Shown here piece after piece: positions 1 through 11,120 of a stretch of 64,000 nucleotides of DNA. This DNA is from Camelus ferus. Lineage: Eukaryota. Below the pieces are notes generated by a model that had not been told where the DNA came from, did not search any database, and worked only from the letters and a program-made list of their open reading frames with translations. Numbering within the stretch: the stretch's first letter is position 1; the number at the start of each line of letters is the position of its first letter. The stretch is taken from contig NC_045710.1 of NCBI RefSeq assembly GCF_009834535.1, forward strand, positions 18,786,001 through 18,850,000, in the 5' to 3' direction. A program made the position numbers and the translations under genes.

Positions 1-329
1 CCTCACTAGAGTACAAGCTCTCTGAAGACATATGTTGTCTTTCTCACCACTGTGTCACCAGTACCCTGTGGTTCCTGATACACAGTCCTTGATAATCCTC
101 GATAAAGCCATCCCAGAAAGGAGGAGCTGATTGTCAGAGTGGAAGCAGGATGGAGGAAGTAGTATTTTAGTCAAAGCTAGAAAGGATGAGGGAGGGCTGC
201 AGTTTAAATGTCACCTCCCCAGGGAAGCCTTCCCTGACCTCCTAAACCAGGCTAGTGCATGATATACATTCTCATTGCACACTTCTTTATCTTCCTCAGC
301 ACTTAACATACTGTAATTGAATTGCTATT

Positions 330-492
330 NNNNNNNNNNNNNNNNNNNNNNNNNNNNNNNNNNNNNNNNNNNNNNNNNNNNNNNNNNNNNNNNNNNNNNN
401 NNNNNNNNNNNNNNNNNNNNNNNNNNNNNNNNNNNNNNNNNNNNNNNNNNNNNNNNNNNNNNNNNNNNNNNNNNNNNNNNNNNNNNNNNNNN
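330..492. other. Assembly gap (163 N)
   Basis: Run of N. Confidence 1.
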
Positions 493-900
493 GAAGTAAG
501 CCAGAAAAAGAAAGAAAAATGCCATATGATATTGCTTATATGTGGAATCTTAAAAAAAGGACACAAATGAACTTATCTACAAAACAGAAACAGACTCACA
601 GACATAGAGAACAAATTTATGGTTACCAGGGGGTAAAGGGGATGGGAAGGGATAAATTGGGAGTTTGAGATTTGCAGATACTAACTACTATATATAAAAC
701 AGATAAACAAGTTTATACTGTATAGCACAGGGAACTATATTCACTATCTTGTGGTAACCTATAATGAAAAAGAATATGAAAAGGAATATATGTATGTATA
801 TATATAACTGAAACATTATGCTGTACACCAGAAATTGACACAACATTGTAGACTGACTAGACTTCAATTAAAAAAGAATGCAAAAAAAAAGAATGCAAAT
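493..900 (+). mobile_element. L1 3' end (artiodactyl-type), 5'-truncated
   Basis: Typical L1 3' UTR text (ACAGACATAGAGAACAAATTTATGGTTACC...GCACAGGGAACTATATTC...) with an A-rich tail; candidate TSD AATTGCTA at 320-327 and 907-914, spanning the N gap. Confidence 0.85.
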
Positions 901-919
901 TTTAAAAATTGCTACTTGG

Positions 920-2300
920 GGATTCTTTGTTTCTTCACTTGGCTTCCAGGATACCATAATCTAATTTTCCTCCTATTTCACTGACTGCTTATTTTCAGTT
1001 TCCTTTTCTGGTTCCTCCTCATCTGCCCCATGTTTTAATGCTGGAATAGTCCAGGACTCAGGCACCCTCTTCTCTCACCTTTCTACACTCACTCCCATGG
1101 AGATATCATCCAGTCTCAAGGCTTTAAGTACTATCTGGAAACGGCAGAAAGCAATGATTGTTGAAGCTGGGTGATGAGTACACGGGGGATCATTGGACTA
1201 TTCAGTTTTTGTATGTGCTTGAAATTTTCTATTAAAAGGAAACTAAAAAAATTAATGGCATCTTAGATGACAGTGATTCCCAGATCTCTCACTTGAACTC
1301 TGAATTTGTATACCCAAGTATCAGTTTGACCTCTCCTCTTTAATGTCTACTAGGCATCTCAAGCTTCATCTAAAACTAAGCTCCTGATTGTCACCTCCAT
1401 CCCAAAACTCCTCTTCCAGCAGTCCTCCCATGTCAGAACACGGTAACTCCATCCTTCCATTTGCTCAGACTAGAGACCTCAGCGTCATCCTTGACTTCTC
1501 TGTTTTTACCCCACATGCAGCCTGTCAGCAGATCCTGCTCCCACCCTTGTCCAGCCCCTATCGTCTGCCTTCTTGATTATTGCAGTAGCCTCCTAGGTTG
1601 TCTTCCTTTTTCTACGCTTGCTGCCCTATAGTCTATCCTCAATCCAGGCTAGGCAACTAGGCCAGATCTCATCACTCCCCATCTCAGTATCAGCCAAAGT
1701 CCTTCCACAGGTCTGCAAAGTCTAATGTAACCCAGCCCCTTCTGATCTCACTTCACACTCCTCCCATCTCAGTCCCCAGCCACTCTGGCCTTTAGGCGTC
1801 CTGCAACACACCAGGTATGCTCCCACCCAGGGCCTTTGCATTTACTCATTTCTTCACCTATAATACACTTTGCTAGATGTCTTCACGACTCACCTGAGGA
1901 CCTGCTTCAGGTCTCGACTCAAATAGCACCTTCTCTGGTGGTGGGCCCTCTCTGCTTATCCTTTTAAAAACGGCAGTCTTCTCTTAAAAAATTTCCATCT
2001 CCATCTCCATCTCCTGCTTTATGTTTCTCCATAGCAATTTTTATCACCTAATGTACTGTATATTTTACTTATTTTATTTCCTATCTGTGTCCTCTCACAA
2101 AAAAGCTCCATGATGGCAGAAATTTTTGTCTAATTTTTATGCTGCTATATCCCCAGCACCTAGAACAGTGCCTGGCACATGCTAGCACCTGACGATATTA
2201 ATGAATGTCTGTCTTCCACACTTAAGCTATGATCTATGAGAGTCGATTGTCATTGTATCCAAGGTACCAGGCATATAGCAATGCTTAATAGATATCTGTT
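920..2300 (+). mobile_element. L2 fragments (with a small embedded L1M 3' piece at ~1140-1240)
   Basis: L2-type sequence ending in CCCCAGCACCTAGAACAGTGCCTGGCAC...AATGAATG; boundaries approximate. Confidence 0.7.
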
Positions 2301-2329
2301 GAATAAGTGAACAGATTAAAAGGATAATT

Positions 2330-3130
2330 CATGAGGGAAAATGGTGCAAGGGCAATGGTATAGAGGTGAGAAAGAACAGGAAAACTTAGAAGGGGAAAAA
2401 AAGACTGATCATTATGGAAGGTTTACTGGATGGCAATAGGAGACAATGTGTTTGGAGGTATGAAGTTGTAGAGTTCATTGCCAGATTTAAAGGGTTGTTT
2501 TGCATCCTGCAGGCTATGAGCAAAGAAGTGGGAATGATGGGAGCATTGCTGTATGAACACTGATCTGGCAGCAGTATCCAGGACGAGACTGGCAGTTAGG
2601 CGAGCATCATGAAAATCTTTTTAACTGAGGTGCTTCAAGGCCAGTGGGAGCTGAAAAGAAGGGACAAGTGAAACAGCAATTTTGAGAAAAGAAGTTAATA
2701 AGACTTTCTGGCCTGAATTTGGGGGAAATAATGAGTCCAAAGCCCACTGATGTTGGGGTTTTGAGCAGCACTACCTTGGAAACAGTCATAACATTAATGT
2801 ACATAGAGAAAGCAAGGGATACAACAACCAGTTTGCGGGTAAGGTCATGAGCTCATATTTCAGAGCATGGTTTTGAGGTACTGGGAGACTGGCATATGGA
2901 TGACACTAAACTGAGCTAAAGCAGAGTTGTGCCAGCTGAAGCCATGCCTATAGGCTGCGTCTCTGAAGTAGAGAGGAGACAGCAGAAGCTTTAAGACCAA
3001 CTCTTAGAAGAATATCCACAATCAGGAGGTGAAAGGGAGAGAGGCCAGCAAGGAGCACAGGAAACTTACCAGAGATGGAGGAGGAGAATCAGAACAATGC
3101 AGAGCCACAGACTTGAAAAGATGTAAAACT
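2330..3130 (-). mobile_element. L2 fragment
   Basis: Purine-rich, L2-antisense-like sequence (GGAGACTGGCAGTTAGG...TTTTGAGGTAC); approximate. Confidence 0.55.
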
Positions 3131-4079
3131 GGTGGAGCTGAACAGAAAGGAGAGAAGTGATTTAAGGCCCAAAGTCTCCTCCCAAAACATAGCCTGTTAT
3201 TTTCACTTCATTTAGTCATACTGCCTAAAATTCTGCCAGTTATTCCTTTTGTGTAAGAATTAAAAGGGTGAGGTATTAATAGTCATTCTCACTATAACCT
3301 GAATTACAGTGTTTTAATCAGACTGCTTTCCACCTAACCCTTAGGGATGAGATCATTTTATGGAGGTTAATCTTTTTTATTAGAAATGTTGAAAGGAGAG
3401 GACGTGAAGAAGGTAATTTTGGAGTTCTGCTGCTCAGAGAACACTGTGGGTGGTATTATGGGTAGCCAGAGGGCAGCATGAGGGCACTGGGTAGAGGAAT
3501 GAGAAAATGGGGTTCTAAGAGGCTCACGAAAGGATGTAGAAAGGGGATAAAAGGATTCCAATGACAATTTCCAAATCTTCTTAGAGGGAGGATCCTGATT
3601 TACCCCTTCTTTCCAGAGACAGGATGGAAAGCAATTTTTCTCTTCACTAAATTGGGAGGAGACAGGACAGAAAGAGTGATGACAATGGTGATTATGATGA
3701 CATAGCATTTATCACGTACCAAGCACTGTTCAAATTAAACATTTCATCCTCCTAACAACCCTAAGAGGCAGAGACTATTATCTCCATTTTACAGGTAAGG
3801 CAGGTGTGCCCTGTTAGGTCTGCAGAGTCTGGGGTCGCAGGGCAGAGAGGCTAGGGGTATAGAGCCTCCTCTCTAGCTGGAAGCCTGCCACCTCCCACCA
3901 CGAGACGTCTGCCCTGGGGAGGATGGGCCAACAAACTGGGCTGGAGGTGTTTTTAGTCACGTGTAGTATGTATGCCTTCAACTGAGGCAAGGGAAAGCAG
4001 GACATTACCTGACATCACCAAGAAAGGAGGTGAATATCAACTACAGCTTTGGTCCGTCTCTACACCTAGATTTTAAAAT

Positions 4080-4280
4080 GGGAAGGGAGCTGGTGTGTAT
4101 AAGGAGCAGTCAGGGTATAGACACTGAACCTGGAGTCAGAAGACTTAAGTCTAGACCCTACTGGCTGACCTTGGGCAGGTTAATCCTTTTCTCTGGGTCA
4201 CACTTTTCCCAATTACAAAATGAAGGCACTGGATAAGAGTGAATTCTCTGAGGTCTCTTCCAACTCAAAAACTGTACAGT
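4080..4280 (+). mobile_element. MIR SINE
   Basis: GGAGTCAGAAGACTTAAG...TGACCTTGGGCAGGTTAATCC...CAAAATGAAG core. Other MIR remnants at ~3700, 4620, 5100, 22050, 23690, 25230, 34270, 36000, 37020, 40650, 53340. Confidence 0.7.
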
Positions 4281-5249
4281 TCTAGAACCTGGTAGTTGGG
4301 TATGACAAATTATGATTCCTCTCTCCCACTGCATATGTTTGAGAGCATGATATTTTGGGTATAAATATGCCAATGTCTGCTGTCTGTATGTGTATATTCC
4401 AGTTATATGACTAAAACTTTAGTTGTTTGTGGGTAAATAAGGGATGCTTCTCGGTTTTCTCTAGGAGAGACCAATGGCTCTGTGAGGTAGTAAACACTAA
4501 GATCACTGACTCAAGGTACGGCGGGAGGGCAAATGATTCCAGAAAATATTTTAGTCTGTAATCATTCTTTAGCATGGTTATTTTCATTTTTTCCCATTAT
4601 TTTCACAACCAAATTTAATTTAATCTTGACCTCAACCCTGTGAAATGACACAGGATTTTACAGAAGAGGGAAAAGAGACTCAGAGATTAAGTGACTTGTC
4701 CAAGATCACACAGCCTGTTAAAATCCAGAGCTGAAACTAGGAACTAGGGCTTCCACCTCCTGGCTTGTGTACTCTTTCCAGTTCTGTGCTAGGTGTCAGA
4801 AGAGAACTTGTGCATAGAAAATGGAGTCAAAAGGGGTCTGTTTCTAGGTGAAGGCCAAGTGGAGGGCCTCTGCCAGAGGAAGCCAGGCCGACCTGCCTGC
4901 TCTGTTCCCATCCCCGCAACCTGCTGGCTGCCCTGCCATTTGTTTCAGAGCAGAGGCTCAGAAGACTCAAAGATAATGGCTATTTCAAGAGCCACGAACT
5001 ATGATTAGAATTAATTAGAATGTCAGAGGGCAGCGATAAGAAGTAATAGCATTCTGGAGCCTCTGGCAAGATGTGAAAGATGTTTACTAACTCTTCTCAG
5101 AACCTAATTTGCCCTCTCTTCGGCTCACTTCTATAAAGCAGGGATGTGATCACACCACCTTCCAGGGTTGTGGTGAGGATCAAAGGAGACATTTAGGTTA
5201 AAATGCTTCTGAAACAGTACATACACAAAAGTGTGCTTGTTGATTAAAC

Positions 5250-5990
5250 CAACCAACATTTATTGAGCACCTACACTATTGCAGGAACTGTGTTAGGAAC
5301 TGGAGGAAAACTAAGACAAACAAGACACAAGGAGCTCAGAATTGCCATTACTATCTCCCTTAGCGCCTTCTGTCTTCTTGGCCCCTTGTGTCTCTTCTTG
5401 TCTAGGACCGCATGAGGAAAGAGGGGCTCTGTAGTCCTGTCTAATGCCCCAGCGAAGTGCTTCTGTCCCAGGGAATCGTTGTTACGGCGCAAACACTGGG
5501 CCTCCATTGGACCAGCAGAGGGCTCCCTCTGCTATAGCTCACTCAGCAAATCATTAATTCACTTCCTGTGAGCCAGGCATGGTTCTCCATGCTGGGGGTA
5601 CAATGGCGAACAAACATACAAAGTCCCTGCCCTCATGGAGTTGATTGTCTACTGGTGAAGGCAGACCTGAAACAAATCAACATGCATATATATATATATA
5701 TATTCACAAATCATGGTGAGGGTGTTAGGAGATGGGGAGAGAGGAGTGGAACTCAATTTAGAAAGACACTCTGACACGAAACTGAGAGCCACACAGATGA
5801 GAAGTTGGCCACGCCAGTAGCCTGGGGAGGGGTCTTCCAGGCAGAGGAGTGATAGGGAACATGGTGTCTTCAGAGAACTGACAGAGAAGCAGTGCAGCAG
5901 AGACCAGAGCAAGCAAGACAGCAGTACTCAATAAAGCTGGAGTGAGAGGACCACGCTGGGCCTGCAGACTGAGGTAAGGAGCTCACTGTA
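5250..5990 (-). mobile_element. L2 3' fragments
   Basis: CAACATTTATTGAGCACCTAC and AAAGTCCCTGCCCTCATGGAG hallmark segments. Confidence 0.7.
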
Positions 5991-6619
5991 CATGTGCTGC
6001 ACTTCCCATGCCTTCTGCTCTCTTCCCAGGGCTAGTGAAGAAATGACTCAGGGTGTTCTGCTAGTTCTGTCATTCCACAATGGTGACAAAAGGCTGGAGG
6101 TCAGTTAGAGAAATCTGGCCTAGTACAAACCATCAAAAAATTGTCAGCTTTAGCTCCTTTAGATGACAAACCTCACAACTCATCTAACCCAGAACCTATG
6201 AACTGGATGAGTGATGCCACCAATTTTCATCCCCACCCCTATACTGATCACAGATCTACGGACATAAATCAACACAGTGGTCGCTGTACCTGTTGCACAT
6301 GGACTCCTCAGTTAGTTTGCTCAGATGGTTCACATCTTTGGGGTGAGGTATTGATTTATAACCAAAAACCTAGAAGGGGAGGTAAATGTGCACAAGTAAC
6401 TGTAATAAAGGGAAGAGATAATAAAAGCCACAAGAGGAGTAACAGAGTGAGGACGAAACAATAAAGCTCTTTCAATTGCATGTTATAGGAGACACTGAGT
6501 GCTTCTTTGTGAAGAAAACCAACATCATGAAGTGGTAAATTGTAAGTGGTGCAAACCTCCTGAGGAGATCACAGGGAGTGAGGCCAAGTAGAGGTAGGTG
6601 CGCTCATTCCCTGTAGGTG

Positions 6620-6751
6620 GCATGTAAATTGGTTAGGGAGGCCAACTGGTACTTTTGGTAACTTTCTAGAAAGAAAGTTAGCAATATGGATTAAAAGCCT
6701 CAAAAAAATTCGCTTTGACCCTGTAATTCCATTTCCAGGAATCTACCCTAA

Positions 6752-6787
<36 letters not shown>

Positions 6788-7000
6788 TTTATTTAAAGAT
6801 TTATATATAAGAATTTTCATAATAAGGTCGTTACACTATCAAATGATTAGAAACAACTATCCAATCTGGATTATATAATTACATTATGGTACATCCTCAC
6901 AATGTAATCATATTCAAAGGAAGCTTCTGAAGAACAGTAATGACGATTGGAAACGCTCAAGAGATTTTAAGGTAACATATAAAGAAACTAATAACTACAG
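6620..7000 (+). mobile_element. Ancient L1 (L1ME-like) 3' fragment containing an A31 run
   Basis: TTTGACCCTGTAATTCCATTTCCAGGAATCTACCCTAAAG motif; poly-A at 6755-6785. Confidence 0.65.
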
Positions 7001-7439
7001 TATGTAATTATTAGGATAAATGCTTTTACAGAGCAAGGTGGGAACAACTGAGGGAATGAAGGAAAGATTTCTAGGAATACTGACATATGATGCAGGTCTT
7101 AAAGCATGCTTAGAAGTTTGCAGGCGCAAAGGAAAAGCAGACCAAGTGGAGACACCTAAATGCTGAAAAAGAAGACTGGGGAGAGAATATACCTCTTGAG
7201 AAAGGTTTGCAGCAACCATACCTCTTACACAGCCACGGTCTGCAAGCGCTGTTATCTTTCCTTAAGTGAGTGGATGAGCCCTGACCCTAATCAGGATGAG
7301 TCCCCTCCTACCGGAGAAGGGATATCCCCGGGAGGCTACACCCCAGAATGGAGCTGGAACCGACGCTTCGCAGCCCTTAGAGGCTGGAGCCAGGTAGATC
7401 CCTACGCTCATGCGTCCCCCGAGTGAAATAAGTCCCAGG

Positions 7440-7610
7440 GCCGATGTAGCCTCACCTCCCAGACCTTCCGGCAGCGCCAAAAAGCGACCTGGAGTGGCGA
7501 CACAGTGCGCAAGCGCAGGCGGCCACTGGACCACGGGCCGTGTGAAGTTTGGCACCTTGATGGAGGTTGTCTGAGGCTTCTGAGGCTGAAGAGAACGACT
7601 TCGAGGTAGA
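7440..7610. promoter_or_regulatory. Putative DNAJC5G promoter/first non-coding exon, possibly bidirectional
   Basis: Local CpG enrichment; NRF1-like TGCGCAAGCGCA at 7506-7517; candidate + strand donor GAG|GTAGAC at 7606; candidate - strand donor GAG|GTGAGG at 7455. TSS position is inferred. Confidence 0.5.
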
Positions 7611-8424
7611 CGGCAGGCTGGGTGGAGGCTCCACACAGAGCCAGAGGGACCTGGGGAACTAGAGCATTCCCTTCTGAGCTTGTTGGCTTGATTCTCCCAG
7701 GTCACAGCCTCTCAAGCTCTCCCCAACTCTCTGGGGTCCACTCCCAGTTCCCTCTTTGGTCTCCCCCACAGCGCCCCTTTTCCACTTCCTCCTTTATCCC
7801 TTGTCTCATCCCTCTGTTCTCCCCGAGGGGCTGGGGTGGGATGGTTTGAGGGGGGACTAGGAGGAAGAAAGTCTCTGGCCTAGTGCAGGCACTGCCTTCT
7901 GGCCTGGCTTTTGGACATCTGACTTCTTTAGACGGCTCAGGATTTGGTCTGACTTGTTTCTCCCTTGGAAATTGAGGACCTCCCGAATTCTTGACCCAAT
8001 CTATAAAGAGGCTGGAGCCCTGCTGGACTTTCAAACCCAGCAAGGAACTAGAACAAGCTCTGGGCTGTTTATTCAAGGTACTAATAGCTCTGGACAAGAT
8101 CAGTCTTTTCCCAGGGTTTAGACCTCCCCTTGCTTCCCTTCTGTAGAATATGGGATGTCTGGAGGTCTGTGTATCTGAAGGACACTAGGACATGTGAGGA
8201 GAAGATGTTTCCTCTTTAAAATCTGAATTTGAATGTCTTTTCTGGTCACCAGCACTCTCCTGCTAGTCACAGGTCTCACTCACTGTTGTCTTATACTTGT
8301 CCACTGTAGTCACTTATCTGCCCAGCCCCTGAAGGTGGTGAGTTTCCAGTCACTGGAAGTTCATTTCTCTGCGGCCCCACCTGTGGAAGTTCTCACAGAT
8401 GCTTCTTCTGCTCTGACCCAGATC

Positions 8425-9909
8425 ATGACTCATGTGGACGAAGCAGCCCGCCGATTGTCCAAATCTGGGTCAACTCTCTACGCAGTGCTGGAGCTTAAGA
8501 AGGGCGCCTCACCTGAAGACGTCAAAAAGGCCTACAGGTTCAGACACAGCCCTTTATTAAACCCTGGAATTCTCCCCCTTAAGCCCTTTTCCTTTCTCTT
8601 GCTTTCTGACCCATTTTTAAATCCCCAGGCCTTCACTTTGGGGCCAGATGGGGTCAGCATCCTCTTCAGTGTGACATGGGAAGGAATTGAGGCTTGGGCT
8701 GCTTGCCTCCATCCTTGGTACCATATCTCATGCATTCTTTTTTCACTATCTAGAGACCTATCCCTGTCATTCATCCTAACCGTCCCTCCCCAGCCATTCC
8801 CCCCATGCTCTCCCCACTCTCCTTTTGGGTATTGCTTGGGTAGGAGACTGGCTTTGAAGTATCATCCAGACAAGAATCCAGGGGACCCACAAGCAGCAGA
8901 AATATTCAAAGAGATCAACACAGCCCACTCCGTACTGAGTGACCCTAAGAAGCGGAAAATTTACGATCGGCATGGCTCATTGGGAATATATATATATGAC
9001 CACTTTGGCGAAGAAGGCGTCACATACTATTTTACGATGAATAGTTGTTGGTTCAAGGTACACAATTCCTCCTAGTCTCTTAAGAATAAGGAAGGAGGGG
9101 GTGAGCCTACTCTCCTGGGACAGCTAATCCTCCTTTCCTAGGACAAATGCTTCTGTGGTCTTATATACGGGGGGCTGGAAGATTGCGGGATGGGAGTTTG
9201 AATGGAAATACGGAACTGCTGGCCGGAAGCTGTTCTTTCCTACCTTTTAGACGCTTGTCATCCTGTGTGCTCTGCTCACCTGTTGCTGCTGCTGCTGCTG
9301 CTGCTGCTTTTGCTGTGGAGCACTTAAGCCACCACCCGAGGAAGCAGCTAAGAAAAAATATGAGCCAAACGTCCAGTACCAACCTCCAAGGTCAGGTGAG
9401 AACCATAAAAAGGGACGGGGGTAAGAGCTGGATTAGGGATGGAAGAAATGGTTGGGGGTGAAACTGTGAACTCCCAAATATGGGAGTCTCAAGTCAGTAT
9501 TGGGGCAAAGTGAGGAAGGAGAAGGGGATACCCTTGGTTTCTGAGGGACTTATGCCACAAACTGACAGCTTGAGTGTAACGTTGGCTTCTCCTGACTGTT
9601 AAGCTGGTTGAATGGAGTGGGTGTTAAGGTAAGGAATGGGGTGGGAGACTATGCCTCGAAAAGGCAGTAGTTGAAGACAAATTCATTGCATTTACTCAAG
9701 AGAAAGATAATGTCTGAGATTATCCCCTAAAGTGTCGATTGACTGAAGTTCACACCAATGCCACCTACTGACATGAATGCATAACTTCAAGTAACTGTTT
9801 TCTCACCCGCAGGCTAAAACATTCTTACTTAAATTGTTTATATATGTTTTTCAATTCCATCATAGGACACAGATTTAGAAGAGGGGAAGATACTTCTAGT
9901 GAAGATTAA
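8425..9909 (+). CDS. DNAJC5G: DnaJ homolog subfamily C member 5 gamma (cysteine string protein gamma), 171 aa, 4 coding exons
   Basis: Coding exons 8425-8537, 8844-9057, 9251-9395, 9866-9909, all with GT-AG introns and a continuous frame. Translation [79 protein letters not shown]... has a J-domain with the HPD motif, then a cysteine string ([15 protein letters not shown]), ending [14 protein letters not shown]. Synteny with TRIM54. Confidence 0.95.
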
Positions 9910-10131
9910 AAAAAGATGAAGAAGAGTGAGGTAAGAAAACTGAAATACTGCAATAACTAAACGGTAAGATAAGAATAGACACTAATTTTCAGATGAGGCA
10001 TTAGTGGAAAAGTTTATATCCTTTTAGTATGGGTTTCAGGTGTTTATATTTTTACCTATAGGGGGTTTGCTTTGAATTCTGGGTGATCATTTCTTCTGGT
10101 TTAATAAGATGCCAACTTCTTTTACTCTTAG

Positions 10132-11120
10132 GTGCTGACCTAGTGAGGGTGTCTTCTGCTGCCCAGTCCACTGGACCCGCTGAAGAGAGGAGCACGTAGC
10201 CCTGACCTGACATTGACCCTGATTTTCTCCTCTTCTTGTAAGAATCCCATCTTCAAAAACATTGATGGCATCCATCCCAGTGAGGATGACATCTTTGTTC
10301 TTGATGGTATCATTGACCCTGGCCACACAGGGTCACCCAGCTACTCTTCTTTTTAGCTCCAGTCCCAACTTTAATCTGTTAGAGAACAGCCCTCCTATCC
10401 CTACCCTTGTGAGGTTTCAGGCAGTAGTGACAGTCATTTCCTGAGCATTATTTTTCCTGTGCCTTCTTTGGGATTTGAGCCACTGTCACCTGGTAGGTCC
10501 GGCCCCTTACAGTATCTCCATCAAGATCCTGATAACCAAGCATGGTAGATCCTATCCCAGATCTGCTGTACCAGCTAACCCTCCTCTGTTGCCACTCTGT
10601 GAACCAAGAACTCTTAGTGTCAGCCCCATTCCTAAGCACGCACACCTTTCTGGGGCTGGTCTCAGCTTCTTCTGGTGCCCGTGCACATTGCCAGCGTCAT
10701 TCCATGCCACCATGAGACAACTCAGGAAAAGTATCAATGCATCTGAGTCTTTGGGGTACTTATCCCACCTTTGGATTCTTCCCAGACTGCAGCTACCAGC
10801 ACAGCACCCATTAGCATGGGGCCTGCGGGTTGACCGAAGTCCACACATCAGAGCCTGCCCACCTCCATCCTTTTTACGCAGGCTGATCACTGTATGTTTT
10901 GTTCGTAAAACAGGGGCATGCAACATGTGATAGGGTAAAGACCGGGCTTTCATAGACCCTTTCTCCACGTGTGCTTCTTCACACTGTCTGTTTGGTGTCC
11001 TCATCACCCCGTTTCCCGTCTACGCAGGGTCAGAGCCTAGTACCTCCTCAACTTACCTCTCCTGACTTGGAGAAAGGCTAAGGGATGCCAGTAAATAAAA
11101 GAACTTTTGTCCAGTCCCAG
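10132..11120 (+). other. DNAJC5G: DNAJC5G terminal non-coding (3' UTR) exon
   Basis: Donor GAG|GTAAGA at 9931, 21 nt after the stop codon; acceptor TTTTACTCTTAG|G at 10131/10132; AATAAA at 11094-11099 followed by U/GU-rich sequence. Confidence 0.65.
11094..11099 (+). terminator. Polyadenylation signal AATAAA (DNAJC5G)
   Basis: Canonical hexamer at the end of the inferred last exon, with a downstream U/GU-rich element. Confidence 0.6.

Noticed and set aside
7452-7634. - strand ORF starting MEPPP..., superficially like the SLC30A3 N-terminus
   Set aside because: No similarity beyond three residues and a non-ATG start; SLC30A3 coding exons are expected left of this window.
10087-11007. Several - strand ORFs in the DNAJC5G 3' UTR with faint resemblance to Gypsy RT (KKDG...CVDF) or RPL14 (EVGR..V.FG..AG)
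   Set aside because: The similarity is limited to a few residues, needs frameshifts, and does not continue with the expected downstream motifs. A tblastx/Dfam search would be needed; unsupported as it stands.
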